Assembly (NCBI GenBank): GCA_041736175.1
Contig: JBGSUI010000178.1
Coordinates: 1 to 32,372, forward strand
Length of the DNA stretch: 32,372 bases
Direction of reading: 5' to 3'
Origin: Oligoflexales bacterium
GTDB lineage: Bacteria; Bdellovibrionota_B; Oligoflexia; Oligoflexales; CAIYRB01
Shown here: positions 10,120 through 17,700 of the stretch, one piece after another
Position numbering within the stretch: position 1 is the stretch's first letter
How the letters are laid out: every line of letters begins with the position of its first letter
Notes under the pieces: generated by a model
Databases searched by the model: none
What the model was told of the DNA's origin: nothing
Seen by the model: the letters and a program-made list of their open reading frames with translations, nothing else
Translations under genes and position numbers: made by a program

Positions 10120-11493
10120 ATGAAAAAGTGTGAATCCCGCTCCAACGGGAAAAAATTTTCCCCCAAAGATCTCCTCTCGGCAGACGCACTCCTCGGGTCA
10201 TGGCGAAGTCGGCGAACTGAGCTTGCGGCTCTTTCCATCTTCTACGCGTCCATATACTTGCTCGGGCTGCTCGCGATATTCTATTGGAGCCTTAACTTTC
10301 CGCCGCTTCTTGTGGGCGTTGCGGGGGTCGCTTCTTTGGGAGCCCTAGCCTCGCTTGCGGCGGCCAGATACCAGCTCGTCAACCACCACTATGCCTGGAT
10401 ACCACTTTATGTGACGATATGGCTAGCCTCGTCGGTTCTTGTTTACGAAACGGGCGGGCTAACAAGTCCCGCTTTTTCCGACTCGCTCCTACGGTGCTTT
10501 CTTCTTGGCATTGTTCTCCAAGCGACACTTCGCCCCTCCTTTTTTTTCGGATTCGCCGCCCTAAATTTTCTAGCTTGGTCGGCGGTCGGGCCTCTTCCTT
10601 CTAGCCTTTCGGCGACGCTAGGACCCTGGCCCTTAGACTGGATGCTGCTTCAGCACGGATTAGGAAACGGGATAGCCGTATACCTCCTATTTCGTCAGGA
10701 AGCTCCCCTCGCTCAAGAGGTGGCAAGGGCCAGCGAAGAACTTACCCAAACTCAAGTGAGGCTCGCTCGGGCCGTAGAGGCCAATGACGCCAAAGTCGCC
10801 TTTCTCAACGCCGTCAGCCACGAGGTTAGAACACCGCTCACCTTGATCCTAGGCTTTCTCGACCTCTTTACCGAGGGCTCGGTAACGGCGGAAGAAAAGG
10901 CCCGCTACGTTCGGATCATCAAGGAAAACGGGGAACGTCTCGCGGCTAGATTTAATGACATCCTGGAGTATGCTGACTCAAGAGCGAAAACGATTGGAAT
11001 CGAAAGAGCGGCCGTCGAACTAAGGCCGCTCCTCGCCTCTGTTGTCGAAGAGTCTAGGCTGGCCGCCGAGAAGAAAGGACTTTCGCTTTCTCTAAAGGTC
11101 GAATCGGAGGTTCCCAATGTCGTCATAACCGACGAAAAGGTCCTTCGCCGCATCGTCGGTCACCTACTAGATAACGCAGTAAAGTTCACTAGCAAGGGCG
11201 GCGCCAGGGTGCTTGCAAGCCTAGAGTCGAGCCCGGTTGCGAACGAGAAACGACTCAAAATATCTGTAAAGGACTCCGGTATCGGCATCCCAAAAGAGCG
11301 CGTTTCGGAGCTTTTTAAGCCGTTTGCTCAGCTCAACTCTAAGCTTAATCGGGAAATCGGTGGTAGCGGACTAGGGCTAGCACTCGTCTTCGACCTAAGT
11401 ATGCTAGCCGGCGGAACGCTGAGGCTAGAGTGGAGCGAGCCGGGGTGCGGCAGCGAGTTCGCGCTCAGACTACCGCAGGATCTACCGGTTTAA
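10120..11493 (+). CDS. Orphan membrane-bound sensor histidine kinase
   Basis: Multiple N-terminal TM segments, FLNAVSHEVRTPL H-box, LLDNAVKFT, DSGIGI, GGSGLGL; no receiver domain. Start is 10120 or 10063. Confidence 0.92.
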   Translation: MKKCESRSNGKKFSPKDLLSADALLGSWRSRRTELAALSIFYASIYLLGLLAIFYWSLNFPPLLVGVAGVASLGALASLAAARYQLVNHHYAWIPLYVTIWLASSVLVYETGGLTSPAFSDSLLRCFLLGIVLQATLRPSFFFGFAALNFLAWSAVGPLPSSLSATLGPWPLDWMLLQHGLGNGIAVYLLFRQEAPLAQEVARASEELTQTQVRLARAVEANDAKVAFLNAVSHEVRTPLTLILGFLDLFTEGSVTAEEKARYVRIIKENGERLAARFNDILEYADSRAKTIGIERAAVELRPLLASVVEESRLAAEKKGLSLSLKVESEVPNVVITDEKVLRRIVGHLLDNAVKFTSKGGARVLASLESSPVANEKRLKISVKDSGIGIPKERVSELFKPFAQLNSKLNREIGGSGLGLALVFDLSMLAGGTLRLEWSEPGCGSEFALRLPQDLPV

Positions 11494-11543
11494 TGAATTG
11501 AAGCATTTAATAGAGTCCCTTAAGATCCAAAAAAATAACAATT

Positions 11544-11592
11544 ATTTCAATCCTATATATCAGCCTCTCGACAATATCTGTAACAGGTGAGA
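11544..11592 (+). repeat. 49-bp imperfect direct repeat, copy 2
   Basis: ATTTCAATCCTATATATCAGCCTCTCGACAATATCTGTAACAGGTGAGA versus ATTTCAATTGTGTATACCAGCCTCTCGACAATATCTGTGATAGATGAGA. Confidence 0.9.
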
Positions 11593-11691
11593 ACATTATA
11601 GGGTGCGTTTCCTTCCCTTCAGGTGCTCATCCTCACATCCCTATCGTTTGGCAATAGCTCCTCCATAAAAGATCATCCATAAAAGGTCTTT

Positions 11692-12648
11692 ATGACCCAA
11701 TCGATCCAAAAAGGCCAAAAGGGTCCTCCATCCCCTGTTCTTGATCATGAGAGCCTCGGACGACTTTTGGAGCAGTACCAACATCGGCTCTCAAGCCTTG
11801 AAGCCGATTTCGTAGAAAAACAACAGAGGGGACTCTGGGCCGCTGATTCTATCAAACAGCGAGCCCAACAACTGGCTTCTCTTAAAAAAGGTTTGGTATC
11901 CCTTCGTGAGCAGAATCGAGATCTCCAGGAAAACCTTCTCTACAAGTTTGATATCGGGCTTCCAAAATTAGAAGGCATGGGGCCACAAGAGCAAGAAATT
12001 AGCGAGGATTTTTTGACGTCCAGTCAGAAAGATTTGCAGCAGTTATTGCTCCAGGTCAACGAAGTCGAGCACTGGTGTATGGAGGCTGCGGTCGGAGGAT
12101 GTCATGTTGTCCATTCGATGATGCGGCTGTCTAAACTCGGAAAAATGATTCGAGCCCTCGATCTAGCGACGGGGCTCATCCAACAAGAACATCAAAAACT
12201 CACGGGCCATGCCTGTGGGATGATAGGCGTCCTCCAGGGGCCTTTTGTGACCAACTATCTCGCAAAAGACCGCGAAAAAAATCACAGTAAATATCCTGCA
12301 AAGAATCCTGCAAAGAATCCTAACGAACCAAGCCTTAACCTCGTCGAGCGCCTAGCCTATTGGTTTAACAAAATGGAAAGGCAAATTGCAAAAATCGCCA
12401 GACTGCGTCAGGAACTCAAACATTTAGACCTAAAGATAGACCAAATGCAGACTTGGCTGCGCGCTGCTCCTGAACCAAGCGTGCAAGCATCCAGCCAAGA
12501 GATGCCATCGATCTTGAGTTTAGATCGGGATGAGGTTTTCTTTCTCCCTTTTCAGCGTCTTAAGCGGGCGCAAAAAATTAACCAAAAAGCAGCTATGTTT
12601 TTGAAGGGACTTGGGCCCCAGGTGGACCGATCTAGACATGATGACTAA
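11692..12648 (+). CDS. Hypothetical alpha-helical/coiled-coil protein
   Basis: 318-aa ORF rich in L/Q/E/K heptads; AAAAGGT before ATG. Confidence 0.75.
   Translation: MTQSIQKGQKGPPSPVLDHESLGRLLEQYQHRLSSLEADFVEKQQRGLWAADSIKQRAQQLASLKKGLVSLREQNRDLQENLLYKFDIGLPKLEGMGPQEQEISEDFLTSSQKDLQQLLLQVNEVEHWCMEAAVGGCHVVHSMMRLSKLGKMIRALDLATGLIQQEHQKLTGHACGMIGVLQGPFVTNYLAKDREKNHSKYPAKNPAKNPNEPSLNLVERLAYWFNKMERQIAKIARLRQELKHLDLKIDQMQTWLRAAPEPSVQASSQEMPSILSLDRDEVFFLPFQRLKRAQKINQKAAMFLKGLGPQVDRSRHDD
12293..12321 (+). repeat. In-frame 12-bp tandem repeat (ATCCTGCAAAGA x2 + ATCCT; PAKN-PAKN-PN)
   Basis: Read directly from the sequence. Confidence 0.85.
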
Positions 12649-13636
12649 ACATCAATCAAACAAAAAAATCAGCAAACCAACCCCAACAGGTGGTGACTCT
12701 TGGGACTTTGAAGTCAGACAGATTGCTGATGAATTGGTTTACATCAAGCATCGTGTGCTCCACGACAGGAGCCGCTCCTACTATAAACTTGTCAATCTCA
12801 AAATAGGGGTCGTGCGGCTCCACCTCCAACTTGAGCGAGCATTGGAGAGGTTAAAGGGCTTTACTGGTCGAGAGCTGCTCCTCTTGCCCCGCGACAGCGC
12901 GCTTATCAAATGGTCGCGGATCTTTGTGGATAAGACCCTGCTCTTTTTTAGGCTTAATCATGACTTAAAATCTAAGACCCTTTGGGTCAACCTCCTCTCT
13001 GCAAAACTCGCAGGCCATGGCCCCAACCCACCAGGACGGGGTGAGGCGGGGATCGATTTAACTGACGATCTTTTAGAACTTCCCCTCCGGTACAAAGCCC
13101 TCTGCCAGACCGAATCCCAACTATTACAGACGATCGCACAGCGAAAACAGGTCATCCTCAGACTGACAGGGGAGTATCATGCCCAACAGGTAGCCCAATC
13201 CAACCGCGAAGCGCTCCAAACCCTCAACGGACGCCTTGGGACCAATTTTGAAAACTCTCGAAAAAGCCCCTATATTAAGGCTCTTGGACGACTTCTGGTC
13301 TTCGCCCTAGCCCCGATTAAGAACCCCGAAAAATACAGCCTCTTAGAGCAGTTACTGGCGGACCAAGACAACTTGCAGCAACATATCCTAGGGGTGTGCC
13401 GTGAGATTGCTGGGGCAAGGGACCGTAGGGAAAATCCTGATACCAGTGATGATCGGGAAAGCCTCAAGAGCGAACTCTCCGTACTGATCTCACGAGCTAA
13501 AGTGGTAGAAGTCGAAGCTACCCAGGCCTATCAAGCTCTCTTGGCCTTTGATTGTCCCCCCCATCATCCAATCATAGTGCAAAATCTAGAGAAAAAGGCT
13601 ACCAATAGTGATAGGAATCTCCCCAGTTGGAATTAG
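12638..13636 (+). CDS. Hypothetical alpha-helical/coiled-coil protein
   Basis: Long ORF; ATG 12638/12641 overlaps the upstream stop at 12646-12648 (translational coupling). Confidence 0.75.
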   Translation: MMTKHQSNKKISKPTPTGGDSWDFEVRQIADELVYIKHRVLHDRSRSYYKLVNLKIGVVRLHLQLERALERLKGFTGRELLLLPRDSALIKWSRIFVDKTLLFFRLNHDLKSKTLWVNLLSAKLAGHGPNPPGRGEAGIDLTDDLLELPLRYKALCQTESQLLQTIAQRKQVILRLTGEYHAQQVAQSNREALQTLNGRLGTNFENSRKSPYIKALGRLLVFALAPIKNPEKYSLLEQLLADQDNLQQHILGVCREIAGARDRRENPDTSDDRESLKSELSVLISRAKVVEVEATQAYQALLAFDCPPHHPIIVQNLEKKATNSDRNLPSWN

Positions 13637-13674
13637 GTTCTTACAAAAAATTTTGGATATAAGGATCCTCGTTT

Positions 13675-14883
13675 ATGTCGACCAAGCAGCATCACGAATT
13701 GGGCTCGTCTAGCTCTTCCCAAAATAAATCGACTTTTTGTCCACTGACGGTTTTAGCGGATGACGAGTTGCTTTTTGCCAGTGAAGTGGAAAAATTTGCA
13801 AAGAGTCAGATCGCCCCCAAAGTCTTGGCCATGGATGAAGCGGAACAGATGGACCAAGGGATTATCGACCAGCTTTTTGAACTAGGTCTTATGGGAATCG
13901 AGGTGCCTACAGAACTAGGCGGCGCCGGTGGAACCTTTATGATGGCGACCTTGGCGATCGAGGCTCTTGCCAAGGTAGACCCCTCGGTCTCCGTCCTTTG
14001 CGATGTGCAAAATACCCTAGTCAACAATATCTTTTTAAATTTTGCATCTAAGGACCAACAGCTAAAATACTTTCCCCGGTTGACCTCCAAAGACGTTGGC
14101 TCCTATTGTCTTACGGAGCCAAACAGTGGATCAGACGCTTTTGCGCTGAAAACTAGGGCTTTTGACGAAGGAGCCCATTATCGGTTACAGGGTAAAAAGA
14201 TATTTATCACCAATGCTAAAGAAGCAAAAGTTTTTATAGTGTTTGCCAACATTAACCCCGAGCTGGGCTACCGTGGGATTACCGGTTTTATCGTCGATCG
14301 GGATATGCCGGGATTTTCCGTGGGCAAAAAAGAATCCAAACTAGGTATCCGCGCGTCTAGTACTTGTGAAGTGATTTTAGATAACGTCAAGGTGCCCAAA
14401 GAAAACGTCGTCGGCGAAGTGGGCAAAGGCTATAAGATAGCCATCGAAACCCTTAACGAAGGGCGTATTGGGATTGCCTCCCAAATGCTAGGTTTGGCCG
14501 AGGGGGCACTTGAGGCTGCCTTTCAATATGCTCACCAAAGGGAGCAGTTTGGAAAGGCACTATCTGAGTTTCAAGGGATTCAAATGCAGCTCGCGGAGCT
14601 AGCTTGTAAGGTCGAGTCCGCTCGTTTAATGGTTTACAATGCGGCACGCTTAAAAGACGCTAAACTTCCTTTTGTGAAAGAAGCCGCGATGGCCAAGTAC
14701 TGGGTGTCCCAGGTGGCCGAAGAAGTCGCTTCTAAGTCATTGGAAATCTATGGAGGCTATGGGTTTATTAAGGAATTCCCGGCAGAAAAGTTTTATCGAG
14801 ATGCTAAAATTGGTAAACTCTACGAAGGGACTTCAAACATGCAGTTGCTGACGATCTTTAAACAGATGGAGTCTCGCTCCTAG
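13675..14883 (+). CDS. Acyl-CoA dehydrogenase, short/branched-chain (ACADSB-like)
   Basis: YCLTEPNSGSD, GKKIFITN, KLGIRASST, LNEGRIGIA, REQFGK, GGYGF, YEGTSNMQ (catalytic Glu). Confidence 0.95.
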   Translation: MSTKQHHELGSSSSSQNKSTFCPLTVLADDELLFASEVEKFAKSQIAPKVLAMDEAEQMDQGIIDQLFELGLMGIEVPTELGGAGGTFMMATLAIEALAKVDPSVSVLCDVQNTLVNNIFLNFASKDQQLKYFPRLTSKDVGSYCLTEPNSGSDAFALKTRAFDEGAHYRLQGKKIFITNAKEAKVFIVFANINPELGYRGITGFIVDRDMPGFSVGKKESKLGIRASSTCEVILDNVKVPKENVVGEVGKGYKIAIETLNEGRIGIASQMLGLAEGALEAAFQYAHQREQFGKALSEFQGIQMQLAELACKVESARLMVYNAARLKDAKLPFVKEAAMAKYWVSQVAEEVASKSLEIYGGYGFIKEFPAEKFYRDAKIGKLYEGTSNMQLLTIFKQMESRS

Positions 14884-14938
14884 GGTAAGAGTGGCGTGCC
14901 AATGTTTAGGATCGTAAGTCTAAAGGGGGAATTCAAAG

Positions 14939-16021
14939 ATGTTGCGAATAATTGGTTTTTGGTTTGCCTGGCTGGGGTTTTCATCAATCAGCCAAGCCCT
15001 AGAGCCAGTCCCGCGAAAAGACATAGCGATAACCCTAGGCAGGCTATTTTGTAAGGGAGATATCACTCCCCAAAATCTATGGGCTGAGGGGATTTTTGAT
15101 GGACAGGTCGAGGGCCAACAGGTCACCTCGCCGTCTTTTGTGGACCTCAGGGAAGCCGACCTTTGGGGTCAAGCCAAAAGCCTCGCAGACATCCGCCACG
15201 GCGGTGGATATGCGGCAGGACTCTGCAACCAGCACATGGGCTGGACGGCTGCTATGCCAGCGTCGAGCCCACTTCGTCGAGGAAATAACCAATCCCTCGG
15301 TCTTCCAAAGAGCGATCTTAAGGAGCGTTGCCGGAGTTGGACGCTGTATTTTGCTGCAAGTGAAGGCGGGCTTTCCAAGGTGTTAGCCACAGCAGATCAA
15401 GGGGGTGATGTGGCAAAGATTCCTGGAGCCGGGGTTGCGAGCCTCCATTGCAAACCAAAATTTCCCAGATGGGTTGGGGAACAGGTTTGGTTCTTTTATC
15501 CCACGTTAGGGGTTAAGAACTATGCAGATTTTCCAGAAAAAACCCGGATTCAAGACATCCAGCTAACCCTTGGCAATGATCAACCTGGGTTATTAACATG
15601 GATCGGGGCCATAAGGGCTCGGGAAAAATTGCCCCCTCTGGTCTTGAGTCTGGCGTTAAGCGAGGCAGCGTCCCAGCTCCTCGTGAGTGACTCGATCGAT
15701 CATGACGTTCATCATATGGAACTCATACGCAAAAAGCTGGGAGGATCCCATGGGCAGCTTGTAGGAGAAAATCGGGTCCGCGGACAATCTCTCCAGGAAA
15801 TCGCCTGGCTCCTCTGGAACAGTCCGCGTCATAGAGATCTCCTCTTGACGGGGGCCTCGGCGACAGCCTCAAAGGTGGACGAGGTTCCGGTCATTGGTCT
15901 CGCCACTAAAAAAATTGGCTCAGAGACTCTTATATCAATGATTGTTGGTTATGAAAAAAAGACTGTGGTGAGCCAAAAATCAGGGCGAAAATCCAAGAAA
16001 CCAGCTACAAGCGGTTCTTAG
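14939..16021 (+). CDS. Exported protein with C-terminal CAP/SCP-like domain
   Basis: Signal peptide ending SQA. C-terminal IGAIRAREKLPPL...LSEAA...GEN...LWNSPRHRDLLL follows the CAP-domain pattern. Confidence 0.7.
   Translation: MLRIIGFWFAWLGFSSISQALEPVPRKDIAITLGRLFCKGDITPQNLWAEGIFDGQVEGQQVTSPSFVDLREADLWGQAKSLADIRHGGGYAAGLCNQHMGWTAAMPASSPLRRGNNQSLGLPKSDLKERCRSWTLYFAASEGGLSKVLATADQGGDVAKIPGAGVASLHCKPKFPRWVGEQVWFFYPTLGVKNYADFPEKTRIQDIQLTLGNDQPGLLTWIGAIRAREKLPPLVLSLALSEAASQLLVSDSIDHDVHHMELIRKKLGGSHGQLVGENRVRGQSLQEIAWLLWNSPRHRDLLLTGASATASKVDEVPVIGLATKKIGSETLISMIVGYEKKTVVSQKSGRKSKKPATSGS
15977..16002 (+). repeat. 26-bp perfect direct repeat, copy 1, inside the 3' end of the CAP gene (copy 2 at 16596-16621)
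   Basis: AAATCAGGGCGAAAATCCAAGAAACC at both positions. Confidence 0.95.
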
Positions 16022-16066
16022 CCATCGGTGTTAGGTCAATTTTCAATCGAGCTTCAAGGATTAAAA

Positions 16067-16348
16067 GTGAGTCTTAAGTTTGAATGGGATGAAAATAAAA
16101 ACAAAAGCAATCGTGTAAAACACGGTATTTGGTTCGAAGAAACTCAGAGCGCATTCGACGATCCTCGCGGACGACTATTCTTAGATGATTCCAATGCTGA
16201 AGACCGATATATTTTGATTGCGATGAATAACCAAACGAAGATTCTAGTAGTTGTGCACTGCTACCCTGAAAATGGAAATCTGATAAGAATAATTTCGGCT
16301 CGCAAAGCATCTAAAAAAGAGAGGCATTTTTATGAAAAAGGAATATGA
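16067..16348 (+). CDS. brnT: BrnT family ribonuclease toxin (type II TA)
   Basis: FEWDENKNKSNRVKHGIWFEE...EDRYILI...LVVVH...IRIISARKA signature. AAGGA RBS before GTG 16067. Confidence 0.95.
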   Translation: MSLKFEWDENKNKSNRVKHGIWFEETQSAFDDPRGRLFLDDSNAEDRYILIAMNNQTKILVVVHCYPENGNLIRIISARKASKKERHFYEKGI

Positions 16349-16550
16349 TTTTAGCAAAATGAAAGAAGTTAAAAACCCCTATCCCAGTAAAAAAAAGATG
16401 CTTGTGGGCATCAACCTGAGCCCGCCAGTGATAGATTATTTTAAAAATTTGGCCGAAGAATCAGGTATTCCATACCAAAAATTAATCGACTTGTATTTAC
16501 TTGACTGCGTAAAGAGAAAAAAAAAGATTTCCATGAGGTGGAGCGCTTAA
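16332..16550 (+). CDS. brnA: BrnA family antitoxin (C-terminal ribbon-helix-helix)
   Basis: MKKEYDFS...INLSPPVIDYFK...GIPYQKLIDLYL; overlaps the brnT stop. Confidence 0.92.
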   Translation: MKKEYDFSKMKEVKNPYPSKKKMLVGINLSPPVIDYFKNLAEESGIPYQKLIDLYLLDCVKRKKKISMRWSA

Positions 16551-16595
16551 TTCCAAAAAACAGGTTAGGTAACCATCATCTTTTGTGGTTGATTG

Positions 16596-16621
16596 AAATC
16601 AGGGCGAAAATCCAAGAAACC
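16596..16621 (+). repeat. 26-bp perfect direct repeat, copy 2
   Basis: Identical to 15977-16002; continues in the same reading as KSGRKSKKPAL-stop. Confidence 0.95.
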
Positions 16622-16747
16622 CGCACTCTAACTTGGTTTGACAGTCACTGTTTAAGATGTCGACAGTCATCGTGATGATAAACGCCTGGTCGACTCTAAT
16701 AGCCGAGAATAGGTCTAAAAGTCTTTGACCCATATAGGGGCTTGTGG

Positions 16748-16763
16748 TGGACCGCTTTTTGCA
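16748..16763 (+). promoter_or_regulatory. Putative sigma54 (-24/-12) promoter
   Basis: TGGACCGCTTTTTGCA has exact GG-N10-GC spacing and TTTTGCA at -12, 47 nt before ATG 16811. Confidence 0.6.
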
Positions 16764-16810
16764 GCATATGAAGGATCCTTATGATCTATTTTTAGCTCAG
16801 GAGTCTAAAT

Positions 16811-17629
16811 ATGAAAGTGCTGGTCCTTTTAGTGGGTCTTTACCAAGGGATGTTAGCTTGTGGCAGCGACTCTTCTGAAAAGGAATCTCCTACCTTAGGT
16901 GTAGACTTACCCTCGGCTCCGCCCCATGTGGCAAAGTATGTCACCTTTGAGTATGCCCTCGTCTGTGGGAGCGATCGCTTTACCCAAAACGAAGTCAAGG
17001 AAAGCCAGCTAGTCTTTAAAGATATCAAAAATATCCGCGCCGATACCAAATGCATTCTCGAAGTAAGCGGAGATCCAATAAAGTTTCGAGAAGCAAACAA
17101 AGACGTTACTTTTGTCAAGACGCCCACGACTAACTCAGCGATTTTTTATATGTCATCGGAATCAGCGATCGTAAACAATCAAATTTCGTTTTCTCTGTAT
17201 CCCCTTTTTAGTCTGGGAAGCACCAGTCAGACCCTAGTAAAGCTTCTTGTAAAGGTCACAAAAGACGAAAAACAACCTCCTGATTTAAATAATATGAAAC
17301 AGTGGTCTCTGGTCTGTGATCAGGCCAAAACAGTCGCTCTCAAAGGCAGCCCCAGCTATAACAACACTGACCAGTGGTCTCTTGAGTTTAGCTTTGTCAC
17401 AGATGACGTCAATGCCACAAAGAAAGATCAATGTAAGCTCTCGGCGATTCTGAGCACAGAAACCTACGAAGCAGAGGGCATAAGCGTCAGTTTTGACAAT
17501 ATCCAGCCGGTAAACGTCACTTTAAAACCCAAAGTGAATCAGAGTAACACGGGGACCGCCAATGGCAGTGGAGCGGGGACTTCCGATGTCAAAATCAATG
17601 CTAAGATTGAGCCCCAAAAGAACCCATAA
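16811..17629 (+). CDS. Hypothetical lipoprotein, beta-rich
   Basis: AGGAG RBS; MKVLVLLVGLYQGMLA-C lipobox followed by GSDSSEK linker. Confidence 0.85.
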   Translation: MKVLVLLVGLYQGMLACGSDSSEKESPTLGVDLPSAPPHVAKYVTFEYALVCGSDRFTQNEVKESQLVFKDIKNIRADTKCILEVSGDPIKFREANKDVTFVKTPTTNSAIFYMSSESAIVNNQISFSLYPLFSLGSTSQTLVKLLVKVTKDEKQPPDLNNMKQWSLVCDQAKTVALKGSPSYNNTDQWSLEFSFVTDDVNATKKDQCKLSAILSTETYEAEGISVSFDNIQPVNVTLKPKVNQSNTGTANGSGAGTSDVKINAKIEPQKNP

Positions 17630-17646
17630 AAATTTTAGCGTGCTTG

Positions 17647-17655
17647 TGATATAAT
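17647..17655 (+). promoter_or_regulatory. Putative extended -10 promoter (TGnTATAAT)
   Basis: TGATATAAT in the intergenic gap before 17701, within an imperfect inverted repeat (17641-17662). Confidence 0.45.
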
Positions 17656-17700
17656 CATAGCAGTATTAAAACGGCCACTTTCAGGAGTACAGCTATCGCT

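Noticed and set aside
11662..11685. TCCATAAAAG direct repeat before 11692
   Set aside because: Short AT-rich 10-mer overlapping the RBS; not distinguishable from a local duplication.
12293..12321. 12-bp tandem repeat as a phase-variation or array element
   Set aside because: Only about 2.4 copies and in frame; a simple slippage duplication in a loop.
16028..16066. Longer brnT start given in the ORF track
   Set aside because: BrnT similarity starts at KFEWD and the RBS supports GTG 16067.
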